A stretch of 64,000 nt of DNA from Octopus sinensis (lineage: Eukaryota). How positions within the stretch are numbered: the stretch's first letter is position 1; each line of letters starts with the position of its first letter. Under the pieces are notes generated by a model. That model saw only the letters and a program-made list of their open reading frames with translations, ran no database searches and was not told where the DNA came from. The translations under genes and the position numbers were made by a program. This document shows, one piece after another, positions 14,601 to 27,430 of this stretch. The stretch spans positions 17,974 to 81,973 of the forward strand of contig NW_021832836.1 in the NCBI RefSeq assembly GCF_006345805.1, in the 5' to 3' direction.

Positions 14601-17600
14601 ATATTTTTCCAAGAGATCACTAATATCTCAAAAGTTTTCAGAATACAAAATGTCAAAATATTGTATATGTGCACTTGAAAAACAACAAAAAATTCTGTGA
14701 GCTCCTAGCAAAATATAAGTTAACTGATTGATAAAAAGCTTATATCCAAGAGAACGCTAAAATCTCAAAGGTTTTCAGGTTAGAAAATGTCAAAATATTG
14801 CATATGCGTACCTGAAAACAACAAAAAATTTAGTGATCGCTTAGCTAAATATAAGTTAACTGATTGATAAGAAGCTTATATATATTCAAGAGAACACTAA
14901 AATCTCGAAAGTTTTCAGGTTACAAAATGTCAAAATATGTGTACTTGAGAAACAACAGAAAATTTAGTGATCTATTAGCTAAATATAAGGTAACTGATGA
15001 TAAAAAGCTTATATTATCCAAGAGAACACTAAAATCTCAAAAGTTTTCAGGTTAGTAAAGGTCAAAATACAGCATATGTGTACTTGAAAAAGAACAAAAA
15101 ATTTAGTGATCCCTTAGCTGAATATAAGTTAACTGATGGATAAAAAGCTTATCCAAGAGAACACTAAAATCTCAAAAGTTTTCAGGTTAGAAAATGTCAA
15201 AATATTGCATATGTGTACTTGAAAAACAACAAAAAATTTAGTGATCTCTTCACTAAATATAAGTTAACTGATTGATAAAAAGCTTATATTTATCCAAGAG
15301 AACACTAAAATCTCAAAAGTTTTCAGGTTAGAAAATGTCAAAATATTGCATATGTGTACTTGAAAAACAACAGAAAATTTAGTGATCTCTTAGCTTAATA
15401 TAAGATAACTGATTGATAAAAAGCTTATATTTATCCAAGAGAACACTAAAATCTCAAAAGTTTTCAGGTTAGAAAATGTCAAAATACAGCATATGTGTAC
15501 TTGAAAAACAACAAAAAATTTAGTGATCTCTTAGCTAAATATAAGTTAACTGATTGATAAAAAGCTTATATTTATCCAAGAGAACACTAAAATCTCAAAA
15601 GCTTTCAGGTTAGAAAATGTCAAAATATTGCATATGTGTACTTGAAAAACAACAAAAAATTTAGTGATCTCTTAGCTAAATATAAGTTAACTGATTGATA
15701 AATTTAGTGATCTCTTAGCTACATATATGTTAACTGATTGATAAAAAGCTTATATTTATCCAAGAGGACACTAAAATCTCAAAAGTTTTCAGGTTAGAAA
15801 ATGTCAAAATATTGCATATGTGTACTTGAAAAACAACAAAAAATTTAGTGATCTCTTAGCTAAATATAAGTTAACTGATGGATAAAAAGCTTATCCAAGA
15901 GAACACTAAAATCTCAAAAGTTTTCAGGTTAGTAAATGTCAAAATACAGCATATGTGTACTTGAAAAACAACAAAAAATTTAGTGATCTATTAGCTAAAT
16001 ATAAGTTAACTGATTGATTAATAGCTTATATTTATCCATGAGAACACTAAAATCTCAAAAGTTTTCAGGTTAGAAAATGTCAAAATATTGCATATGTGTA
16101 ATTGAAAAACAACAAAAAATTTAGTGATCTCTTAGCTAAATATAAGATAACTGATTGATAAAAAGCTTATATATATCCAAGAGAACACTAAAATCTCAAA
16201 AGTTTTCAGGTTAGAAAATGTCAAAATATTGCATATGTGTACTTGAAAAACAACAAAAAATTTAGTGATCTCTTAGCTAAATATAAGTTAACTGATTGAT
16301 AAAAAGCTTATCCAAGAGAACACTAAAATCTCAAAAGTTTTCAGGTTAGTAAATGTCAAAATACAGCATATGTGTACTTGAAAAACAACAAAAAATAGTG
16401 ATCTATTAGCTAAATATAAGTTAACTGATTGATTAATAGCTTATATTTATCCATGAGAACACTAAAATCTCAAAAGTTTTCAGGTTAGAAAATGTCAAAA
16501 TATTGCATATGTGTACTTGAAAAACAACAAAAAATTTAGTGATCTCTTAGCTAAATATAAGATACCTGATTGATAAAAAGCTTATAGTTATCCAAGAGAA
16601 CACTAAAATCTCAAAAGTTTTCAGGTTAGAAAATGTCAAAATACAGCATATGTGTACTTGAAAAACAACAAAAAATTTAGTGATCTCTCAGCTAAATATA
16701 AGTTTATTGATTGATAAAATGCTTATATTTATCCAAGAGTACACTAAAATCTCAAAAGTTTTCAGGTTAGAAAATGTCAAAATATTGCATATGTGTACTT
16801 GAAAAACAACAAAAAATTTAGTGATCTCTTCGCTAAATATAAGTTAACTGATTGATAAAAAGCTTATATTTATCCAAGAGAACACTAAAATCTCAAAAGT
16901 TTTCAGGTTAGAAAATGTCAAACTACAGCATATGTGTACTTGAAAAACATCAAAAAATTTAGTGATCTCTTAGCTAAATATAAGATAACTGATTGATAAA
17001 AAGCTTATATTTATCCAAGAGAACACTAAAATCTCAAAAGTTTTCAGGTTAGAAAATGTCAAAATATTGCATATGTGTACTTGAAAAACAACAAAAAATT
17101 TAGTGATCTCTTCGCTAAATATAAGTTAACTGATTGATAAAAAGCTTATATTTATCCAAGAGAACACTAAAATCTCAAAAGCTTTTAGGTTACAAAATGT
17201 CAAAATATTGCATATGTGTACTTGAGAAACAACAGAAAATTTAGTGATCTCTTAGCTAAATATAAGTTAACTGATTGATAAAAAGCTTATATTTATCCAA
17301 GAGAACACTAAAATCTCAAAAGCTTTCAGGTTAGAAAATGTCAAAATATTGCATATGTGTACTTGAAAAACAACAAAAAATTTAGTGATCTCTTAGCTAA
17401 ATATAAGTTAACTGATTGATAAATTTAGTGATCTCTTAGCTACATATATGTTAACTGATTGATAAAAAGCTTATATTTATCCAAGAGAACACTAAAATCT
17501 CAAAAGTTTTCAGGTTAGAAAATGTCAAAATATTGCATATGTGTACTTGAAAAACAACAAAATTTTAGTGATCTCTTCACTAAATATAAGTTAACTGATT

Positions 17601-18789
17601 GATAAAATGCTTATATTTATCCAAGAGAACACTAAAATCTCAAAAGCTTTCAGGTTACAAAATGTCAAAATATTGCATATGTGTACTTGAGAAACAACAG
17701 AAAATTTAGTGATCTCTTAGCTAAATATAAGTTAACTGATTGATAAAAAGCTTATATTTATCCAAGAGAACACTAAAATCTCAAAAGCTGTCAGGTTAGA
17801 AAATGTCAAAATATTGCATATGTGTACTTGAAAAACAACAAAAAATTTAGTGATCTCTTAGCTAAATATAAGTTAACTGATGGATAAAAAGCTTATCCAA
17901 GAGAACACTAAAATCTCAAAAGTTTTCAGGTTAGAAAATGTCAAAATATTGCATATGTGTACTTGAAAAACAACAAAAAATTTAGTGATCTCTTAGCTAC
18001 ATATAAGTTAACTGATGGATAAAAAGGTTATATTTATCCAAGAGAACACTAAAATCTCAAAAGTTTTCAGGTTAGAAAATGTCAAAATACAGCATATGTG
18101 TACTTGAAAAACAACAAAAAATTTAGTGATCTCTTAGCTAAATATAAGTTTTTTGATTGATAAAAAGCTTATATTTATCCAAGAGAACACTAAAATCTCA
18201 AAAGTTTTCAGGTTAGAAAATGTCAAAATATTGCATATGTGTGCTTGAAAAACAACAAAAAATTTAGTGATCTCTTAGCTAAATATAAGTTAACTGACGG
18301 ATAAAAAGCTTATATTTATCCAAGAGAACACTAAAATCTCAAAAGTTTTCAGGTTAGAAAATGTCAAAATATTGCATATGTGTACTTGAAAAAGATCAAA
18401 AAATTTAGTTATCTGTTAGCTAAATATAAGTTAACTGATTGATAAAAAGCTTATATTTATCCAAGAGAACACTAAAATCCCAAAAGTTTTCAGGTTAGAA
18501 AATGTCAAAATATTGCATAAGTGTACTTGAAAAACAACAAAAAATTTAGTGATCTCTTAGCTAAATATAAGTTAACTGATTGATAAAAAGCTTATATTTA
18601 TCCAAGAGAACACTAAAATCTCAAAAGTTTTCAGGTTGGAAAATGTCAAAATATTGCATGTGTGTACTAAAAAAAACAAAAAATTTAGTGATCTCTTAGC
18701 TAAATATAAGTTAACTGATTGATAAAAAGCTTATATTTATCCAAAGGAACACTAAAATCTCAAAAGTTTTCAGGTTAGAAAATATCAAA

Positions 18790-21700
18790 AAGTAAGCATA
18801 AAAAAAGAGATCAAAAATTCTAATTCGCATTTGTTGTTTTTAAGTACTTATTTGTTTTCAGAAAACAAAATATGTCAAAATATTGCAAATAAGCATAAAG
18901 AAGTGAATAAAATTGCTAGTTTGAATTTCTTCTTTTTTGTTTGAAATATTTTGACATTTTGTTTTTTGAAAAGTTTTGATGTTGTAGTGATGTCTTGAAT
19001 AAAGATAATCTTATTATCAGTCAGTAAACCTAAAATCACATTTGTTTTTTTACTTTTTTATGCCTATTTGCAACTTTTGTGATTTTTGTGATCTCTTTGG
19101 TAAATATAAGTTAACTGATATTATAGTTATGGAAGAGATCATTAACATTTTAATAGTTTTCAGAAAACAAAATGTGTCAAATTATTGCAAATAAGCATAA
19201 AAAAATGAACAAAATTGCTAATTCAAATTTGTTGAATTTTAGTACTTATTTGCAATATTTTGATACTTTGTTTTCTGAGAACAAATAAGTACTAAAAAGC
19301 AACAAATTTGAATTAATAATTCTATTTACTTTTTATGCTTCTCTGCTATATTTTGACACATTTTGTTTTCTGAAAAGGATTTTGACTTGAGTGTTATCTT
19401 GGCTGCTCAATTAGCAACGTTGTTCGCTTTTTTATGCCTATTTGCAAATTTTTGCACATTTTGTTATCTGTTGGATAAATATAATATTATTAGTCAGTTA
19501 ACTTATATTTTACCACAGAGATTACTGAAATCACAAAATCACAAATAAGCCTAAACTTATATTTACCAAAAAGATCACGAAAATCACAAATGTATTCGGA
19601 AAACAAACTTTGTGAAAATATTGCAAATGAGTAATAAAAAGCAACAAATTTGAATTAGCAATTTTGTTTACTTTCTTACGGTTATTTGCAATATTTTGTC
19701 ACATTTTGTTATCAGAAATCTTCTGATAATATAGTGATTTTTTGGATAAATATAATCTTATTATCAGTCAGTTTACTAATATTTACCAAAGAGATCACTG
19801 AAACCACAAAAGTTTTTGGAGAACAAAATGTGTCAAAATATTGCAAAATAAGCATAAAAAAGAGATCAAAAATTCTAATTCGCATTTGTTGTTTTTTTCA
19901 GAAAACTAAATATGTCAAAATATTGCAAATAAGCATAAAGAAGTGAATAAAATTGCTAATTTAAATTTCTTCTTTTTTAGTACTTGGTTGCAATATTTTG
20001 ACATTTTGTTTCTTGAAAAGTTTTGATGTTGTAGTGATGTCTTGGATAAAGATAATCAGTAAACCTAAAATCACATTTGTGTTTTTTACTTTTTTATGCT
20101 TATTTGTAACTTTTGTGATTTTAGTGATCTCTTTGGTAGATATAAGTTAACTGACTGATAATAAGATTATAGTTATCGAAGAGATCATTAAAATATCAAA
20201 AGTTTTCAGATAACGAAATGTGTCAAAATGTTGCAAATAAGCATAAAAAATGAACAAAATTGCTAATTCAAATTTGTTGATTTTTAGTACTTATTTGCAA
20301 TATTTTGACACTTTGTTTTCTGAGAACAAATAAGTACTAAGGAACAACAAATTTGAATTAACAATTTTGTTCACATTCTTACGGTTATTTGCAATATTTT
20401 GTCACAATTTGTTATCAGAAAACTTCTGATAATGTAGTGATTTTTTGGATAAACATAATCTTATTATCAGTCAGTTTACTAATATTTACCAAAGAGATCA
20501 CTGAAACCACAAAAGTTTTTGGAGAACAAAATGTGTCAAAATATTGCAAAATAAGCATAAAAAAGAGATCAAAAATTCTAATTCGCATTTGTTGTTTATT
20601 TCAGAAAACTAAATATGTGAAAATATTGCAAGACGTGAATAAAATTGCTAATTTAAATTACTTCTTTTTTGTACTTGGTTGCAATATTTTGACATTTTGT
20701 TTTTTGAAAAGTTTTGATGTTGTAGTTATGTCTTGGATAAAGATAATCTTATTATCAATCAGTAAACCTAAAATCACATTTGTTTTTTTACTTTTTTATG
20801 TTTATTTGCAACTTTTGTGATTTTAGTGATATCTTTGGTAAATATAAGTTAACTGACTGATAATAAGATTACAGTTATCGAAGAGATCATTAAAATATCA
20901 AAAGTTTTCAGATAGCGAAATGTGTCAAAATGTTGCAAATAAGCATAAAAAATGAACAAAATTGCTAATTCAAATTTGTTGATTTTTAGTACTTATTTGC
21001 AATATTTTAACACTTTGTTTTCTGAGAACAAATAAGTACTAAAAAACAACAAATTTGAATTAACAATTTTATTTAATTTTTCTGCTTGTCTGCAATATTT
21101 TGACACATTGTGTTTTCTGAAAATTATTGTGACTTGAGTGATCTCTTGGCGGCTCAATTAGAAATTTTGTTCACTTTTTTATGCCTATTTGCTAATTTTG
21201 GCACATTTTGTTATCTGTTGGATAAATATAATATTATTAGTCAGTTAACTTATATTTACCACAGAGATTACTGAAAACACAAAATCGCAAATAAGCATAA
21301 ACTTATATTTACCAAAAAGATCACGGAAATCACAAATGCATTCGGAAAACAAACTTTGTGAAAATATTGCAAATGAGTAATAAAAAGCCACAAATTTGAA
21401 TTAGCAATTTTGTTCACTTTCTTACGGTTACTTGCAATATTTTGTCACATTTTGTTTTTAAGTACTTATTTGTTTTCAGAAAACAAAATATGTCAAAATA
21501 TTGCAAATAAGCATAAAGAAGTGAATAAAATTGCTAATTTAAATTTCTTCTTTTTTAGTACTTGGTTGCAATATTTTGACATTTTGTTTTTTGAAAAGTT
21601 TTGATGTTGTAGTGATGTCTTGGATAAAGATAATATTATTATCAGTCAGTAAACCTAAAATCACATTTGGTTTTTGACTTTTTTATGCTTATTTGCAACT

Positions 21701-24230
21701 TTTGTGATTTTAGTGATCTCTTTGGTAAATATAAGTTAACTGACTGATAATAAGATTATAGTTATCGAAGAGATCATTAAAATAACAAAAGTTTTCAGAT
21801 AACGAAATGTGTCAAAATGTTGCAAATAAGCATAAAAAAAGAAAATAAAATTGCTAATTCAAATTTGTTGATTTTTAGTACTTATTTGCCATATTTTGAC
21901 ACTTTGTTTTCTGAGAACAAATAAGTACTAAGGAACAACAAATTTGAATTAACAATTTTATTTTCTTTTTAAGCTTGTCTGCAATATTTTGACACATTTT
22001 GTTTTCTGAAAATTATTGTGACCTGAGTGATCTCTTGGCTGCTCAATAAGCAATTTTGTTCACTTTTTTATGCCTATTTGCAAATTTTGGAACATTTTGT
22101 TATCTCTTGGATAAATATAATATTATTAGTCAGTTAACTTATTACTGAAATCACAAAATCGCAAATAAGCATAAACTTATATTTACCAAAAAGATCACGG
22201 AAATCACAAATGTATTCAGAAAACAAACTTTGTCAAAATATTGCAAATGAGTGATAAAAAGCCACAAATTTGAATTAGCAATTTTGTTCACTTTCTTACG
22301 GTTATTTGCAATATTTTGTCACATTTTGTTATCAGAAAACTTCTGATAATGTAGTGATTCTTTTGATAACTATAATCTTATTACCAGTCAGTTTACTAAT
22401 ATTTACCAAAGAGATCACTGAAACCACAAATGTTTTTGGAGAACAAAATGTGTCAAAATATTGCAAAATAAGCATAAAAAAGAGATCAAAAATTCTAATT
22501 CACATTTATTGTTTTTAAGTACTTATTTGTTTTCAGAAAACAAAATATGTCAAAATATTGCAAATAAGCATAAAAAGTGAATAAAATTGCTAATTTAAAT
22601 TTCTTCTTTTTTAGTACTTGGTTGCAGTTTTTTGACATTTTGTTTTTTGAAAAGTTTTGATGTTGTAGTGATGTCTTGGATAAAGATAATCTTATTATCA
22701 GTCAGTAAACCTAAAATCACATTTGTTTTTTTACTTCTTTATGCTAATTTGCAACTTTTGTGAATTTAGTGATCTCTTTGGTAAATATAAGTTAACTGAC
22801 TGATAATAAGATTATAGTTATCGAAGAGATCATTAAAATATCAAAAGTTTTCAGATAACGAAATGTGTCAAAATGTTGCAAATAAGCATAAAAAAATGAA
22901 CAAAATTGCTAATTCAAATTTGTTGATTTTTAGTACTTATTTGCAATATTTTTACACTTTGTTTTCTGAGAACAAATAAGTACTAAGAAACAACTAATTT
23001 GAATTAACAATTTTGTTCACTTTCTTACGGTTATTTGCAATATTTTGTCACATTTTGTTATCAGAAAACTTCTGATAATGTAGTGATTTTTTGGATAAAC
23101 ATAATCTTATTATCAGTCAGTTTACTAATATTTACCAAAGAGATCACTGAAACCACAAAAGTTTTTGGAGAACAAAATGTGTGAAAATATTGCAAAATAA
23201 GCATAAAAAAGAGATCAAAAATTCTAATTCGCATTTGTTGTTTTTAAAATATTGTAAATAAGCATAAAGAAGTGAATAAAATTGCTAATTTAACAATTTT
23301 GTTCACTTTTTTATGCTTATTTTGACACAGTTTTTTCTCTGAAAACGTTCGTGATTTCAGTGATCTCTTTGGTTAACTGATCGATAATAACATTATATAT
23401 TGACACATTTTGTTTTTTGAAAAATTTTGAGATTGTAGTTATCTTTTCTGTGAATACAAGTTCACTGATTGATAATAAGAATATATTTACTCAAGGTATC
23501 ACTGAAACGAAAAGTTTTTAGAAAAGAAAATGGGTCAAAATATTGCAAATAAGCAGTAAAAAACAACAAATTTGAATCAGCAATTTTATTCACTTTTCCA
23601 TGCTTATTTGCAATATTTGAAAACATTTTGTTTTTTGAATACTTATGTAGTTTCAGTGATCTCTTGGTTATTATTAATCAAGTAACTAATATTTACTGAT
23701 AAGTTATTAGTATGAACAGTTTTTCTTATTAAAAATACACGTCACTTATGTGTAAAAGGTACACTAAAAAACGATTTCTTATTTGGAAATTTGTTTAGTT
23801 TTTCATGATTTTTTACAATATTTTGTGAGTTTTCTATGAAATTTTGTGATCACTGTTGCAAATTGAAATATGTTGATTTTTGTGGTATCTATTACACATA
23901 TGTGACGTATTATTTTTCTAACAAAAACTTTTCATATTCTTCAGTAAATGATTCACTGAGATCACTGAAAGGTTTCAGAAAATAAAATGTGTCAAAATAT
24001 TGCAAATAAGCATAAAAAGGTGAACAAAATTGCTAATTAAATGTGTTGATTTTTTAGTGCTTATTTGCAATACTTTGACTCATTTTGTTTTCTGAAAACC
24101 TTTGAGATTTTAGTGATCAGTTAACTTATATTCCCGAAAAAGATATTAATACGAAATGTTTTTCCCAGAAAAATGTCATGTCACCAATATGTACGCAGTA
24201 TTTTAAAATACAAGAAATCTGAGTTTACTT
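18790..24230. repeat. Diverged modular repeat library with modules in both orientations (foldback-like), homologous to the 141-bp satellite
   Basis: Block ttgatgttgtagtgatgtcttggataaagataat recurs at ~18976, 20023, 20714, 21601 and 22657. Modules such as caaataagtactaa/ttagtacttatttg and aaatgtgtcaaaatattgca/tgcaatattttgacacattt occur in both orientations. Divergence rises to the right. Confidence 0.9.
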
Positions 24231-25118
24231 ATGAATGCCTTTCCTCCCTTGGACACAAAGACCTGTTGAGGCAAGCGAAGTCGATATAGAACCTCATCCG
24301 ACGACAGGCACCCATGCCAACCCCCCTTTGCTTGCGAAGACATGTTGGGGCAAGCGAAATCGAAATCGAAGTCAAAATCGAATTGAACCAGCCAGGATCC
24401 CTGGTCTGGTGGTACGTAAAAAGCACTATCCGACTCGTGGCCGATGCCAGCGCCGCCTCCACTGGCTTCTGTGCCGGTGGCACGTAAAATACACCAATCT
24501 GACCGTACGACAGGCACCCATGCCAACCCCCTTGCTTGCGAAGACATGTTGGGGCAAGCGAAATCGAATCGAACCAGCCAGGTTCCCTGGTCTGGTGGCA
24601 CGTAAAAAGCACTATCCGACTCGTGGCCGATGCCAGCGCCGCCTCCACTGGCTTCCGTGCCGGTGGCACGTAAAATACACCAATCGGACCGTACAACAGG
24701 CACCCATGCCAACCCCTTGCTTGCGAAGACATGTTGGGGCAAGTGAAATCGAAATCGAAATCGAATTGAACCAGCCAGGATCCCTGGTCTGGTGGTACGT
24801 AAAAAGCACCATCCGACTTGTGGCCGATGCCAGCACCGCCTCGTCTGGCTTCCGTGCCGGTGGCACATAAAATACACCAATCCGACCGTGGCCGTTGCCA
24901 GCCTCGCCTGGCACCTGTGCAGGTGGCACATAAAAAGCACCCACTACACTCACGGAGTGGTTGGCGTTAGGAAGGGCATCCAGCTGTAGAAACACTGCCA
25001 GATAAGACTGGAGCCTGGTGCAGCCTTCTGGCTTCCCAGATCCCCGGTCGAACCGTCCAACCCATGCTAGCATGGAGAACAGACGTTAAACGATGATGAT
25101 GATGATGATGATGATGAT
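24231..25118 (+). mobile_element. 3' end of an RTE-like LINE (or derived SINE) with three ~190-205-bp internal tandem units and a (GAT)n tail
   Basis: caggcacccatgccaacccc at 24305, 24511 and 24697. Terminal block gcacccactacact...gttggcgttaggaagggcatccagctgtag...aaccgtccaacccatgctagcatgg...gacgttaaa then (gat)n is shared with copies at 29.4, 30.9 and 62.0 kb. The RTE assignment rests on the ORF-end remnant at 30402. Confidence 0.7.
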
Positions 25119-25600
25119 ATGCTTATTTTAAATATGTAGCTTTCTATGAGGTTTTATGACTGCAAATTGAAATTTGTTAGTGTAACTTTTTCACATATTT
25201 TTCTAAGTAAAACTTTTCAGTAAACATTATTTAATAAGATAATATTTACCGAACAGATCAATCAAATAACAAAAGTTTTTAGAAAACTAAATGTCATAAA
25301 ATATTGCAAATAAGCATAGGAAAGTAAGCAAAATTGCAAATTCAAATGTGTCGTTTTTAAAATACTTTGTACACATTTGTGACATGACATTTGCAAATTT
25401 CTTCTGTTTTTCATGCTATATTTTCACACTTTTTTTCTGTAACAAAAGTGAACAAAATTACTAATTCAAATTTGTTGATTTTTAGTGCTTATTCAATGTT
25501 GATCTCAGAAAAATGTCATGTCGCAAATGTGTACAAGGTATTTTAAAACACAAATTTAAATTTGCAATTTTGTTTATTTTCCTATGCTTATTTTTTTTCA
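25119..25600. repeat. Most diverged continuation of the modular repeat library
   Basis: Library motifs (aaatattgcaaataagcat, caaaattgctaattcaaatttgttgattttt) reappear to the right of the RTE insertion. Confidence 0.7.
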
Positions 25601-25651
25601 CATTTGTATTCTCCGTAGCCGAAAACGTTTGCGTAGAAAAAAGGGGTGTTT

Positions 25652-25987
25652 TGGCGGGGGTATAAAAGGAAGTCTTGCCTATAAAAAGTCATGGAGTTGA
25701 TTCATTCGACTAAAACCCTTCAAGACATTGCCACAGTATGGCCGCAGTCTAATAACTGAAACAGGTAAAAGATATATATATCACGCGCACGATCCAAACG
25801 GTATATATAAAATCTCTTCGAAATTCCACCAATTACTGATGTAAAAAGGAAGGACATTACTGTATCTATTTTCACACAATTGAAAGTCGCGGGAAAATAA
25901 TGGAATGCGAGATGAAAACGTTTGAATGTCATCTTTGGCCAAATCAATGTTTGACGAGTCTGAACAACCGATCAAGGGGAGGTAAGT
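25652..25987 (+). promoter_or_regulatory. Possible promoter and first exon (GC box, TATA, ETS-like motif, consensus 5' splice site)
   Basis: ggcggggg-TATAAAAG-GAAGT at 25653-25673, local CpG enrichment, and AG|GTAAGT at 25980-25987. A SINE fragment (~25686-25780) lies between them, which weakens the model. Confidence 0.25.
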
Positions 25988-26268
25988 CACATGGCAAAAA
26001 GTATGGGTCTAATTCTAAGGGAGATAAGTCTAATTACTAAGTACTCTTACAAGTCTCAAGCGTACATCTCTCTCTCTCTCTCTCTAGTCATCTGTCTATT
26101 GATCGCTTGATCTGTCCTAATTATTTATCTTCCAATGTGCTTTTATATCCATAAACCTTTTATATATCCTTAATCTCTTACATCCATGAACACTTAAAAC
26201 TACTTAAATTGGCATTGTGAAAATCCCAACTTCTTCGATTTTGACTTTTTTCTGCGACACTAAACATA

Positions 26269-26318
26269 AAACCCTAACCCTAAAACCGTAACCTTAACCT
26301 TAACCCTAAAACCGTAAC
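26269..26318 (+). repeat. Degenerate telomere-like (CCCTAA)n tract
   Basis: aaaccctaaccctaaaaccgtaaccttaaccttaaccctaaaaccgtaac. Confidence 0.7.
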
Positions 26319-27026
26319 AGAAATGTTTTGAAAGTTTTGTCCGAATCCTGATGTCCGAATTTCTTTAAAAAATTTATTACAAAGATTTTTGGAAATTTTT
26401 TTCAGAATCATAAATCTCCGTATTTTTCCGCATATTTTGAAAATAAAAAATTCTGAAGAAAGTTTAAAATTAAGGAAATGGGGTGGGGGTAATCTAGAAA
26501 TGTCGATTTTTGCAAGTTTTTTTTAGCAGATTCGTATTCATCGTGACCGAAAAGTGGGGTTTGTGTCGAAAAGAAGAAAAGTTTTTAAAAAGGTGTTTAT
26601 TTTGGGTGGGGAGACGGGCGGAAGTCTTGCCGCAAAACTTTTATATCACGAAAATTAGACCTCCTTTTATTCTACTGCCATTTTAATTGCTTGTAATTTA
26701 TTTTATTTCACCTCTGCCTTCCTAACCGCTTCTATCAACACTGTTACCCTGCTGTCTTACTGTACTAATTACGAGTGTCTTCATTTATATTTTTACCCCT
26801 GGCACAAGAATATATCTCCAATTTCAAGACCTTTATACGGATTGAGTTGAACACGGCACTGCAGGTCAGCAAATCGTTCAGCTTTGCTTCTACATCTGCT
26901 CTGTTTATGGCACTGAAACACCACACCACGCTCAGTCATAATGGAAAGGCATGAATCATTGTCATATTGGAATATTCTTTGTTACTCTAACGACAACTAT
27001 TTGTACTGCTGTTATTATAATCCGAC

Positions 27027-27430
27027 TGAGGCGCTGAACTGACAGAATCGTTAGCAAGCCGGGAAAAATGCATAGCGGCATTTCGTCCGTCTTTACGTTC
27101 TGAGTTCAAATTCTGTCGAGGTCAACTTTATCCTTTTGGGGTCGATAAACTAAGTACTAGTAATCGACTTGTTCCCCCACTACACTCTCGAAATTGCAGG
27201 CCTTGTACCAAAATCTGAAACCATTATTACATTCCGAGTTAAGGCACTGAACTAGCAGAAACTTTGGCATCTCGTCCGTCTTTACGTTCTTAGTTCAAAC
27301 TCTACCGAGGTCTACTGAGAACTTTTATCCTTTGGAGGTTGGCATAATAAGTACTAGTTGAGTACTGAGGTCGATGTAATCGACTTATCCCTTGAGCTAA
27401 AGCTGTTGGCCTTGTACCAAAATATGAAAC
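27027..27430 (+). mobile_element. Two adjacent copies of a tRNA-derived SINE (family B here)
   Basis: gcagaatcgttagc...cgtccgtctttacgttctgagttcaaattc...ggggtcgataa...aagtactag occurs at ~27030 and ~27240, with a further copy at 53495. Confidence 0.75.

Larger units (their letters stand above)
1..18790 (+). repeat. 141-bp tandem satellite array (roughly 125-130 monomers, continues off the left edge)
   Basis: Monomer starts at 1, 142 and 283 (period 141). Consensus is ggttagaaaatgtcaaaatattgcatatgtgtacttgaaaaacaacaaaaaatttagtgatctcttagctaaatataagttaactgattgataaaaagcttatatttatccaagagaacactaaaatctcaaaagttttca. Most monomers carry HindIII, HpaI and NdeI sites. Interrupted at 627-1340 and 1910-2620. 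Confidence 0.98.

Noticed and set aside
1-23300. Satellite and library ORFs (61-143 aa), or a CRISPR-like array
   Set aside because: The ORFs are chance frames in repeats. There are no unique spacers or cas genes, and the context is eukaryotic.
24203-25073. Overlapping 150-245-aa ORFs on both strands (also 30453-30944 and 62028-63762)
   Set aside because: They arise from GC-richer tandem modules of a retroelement 3' UTR, show no domain, and are open in several frames at once.
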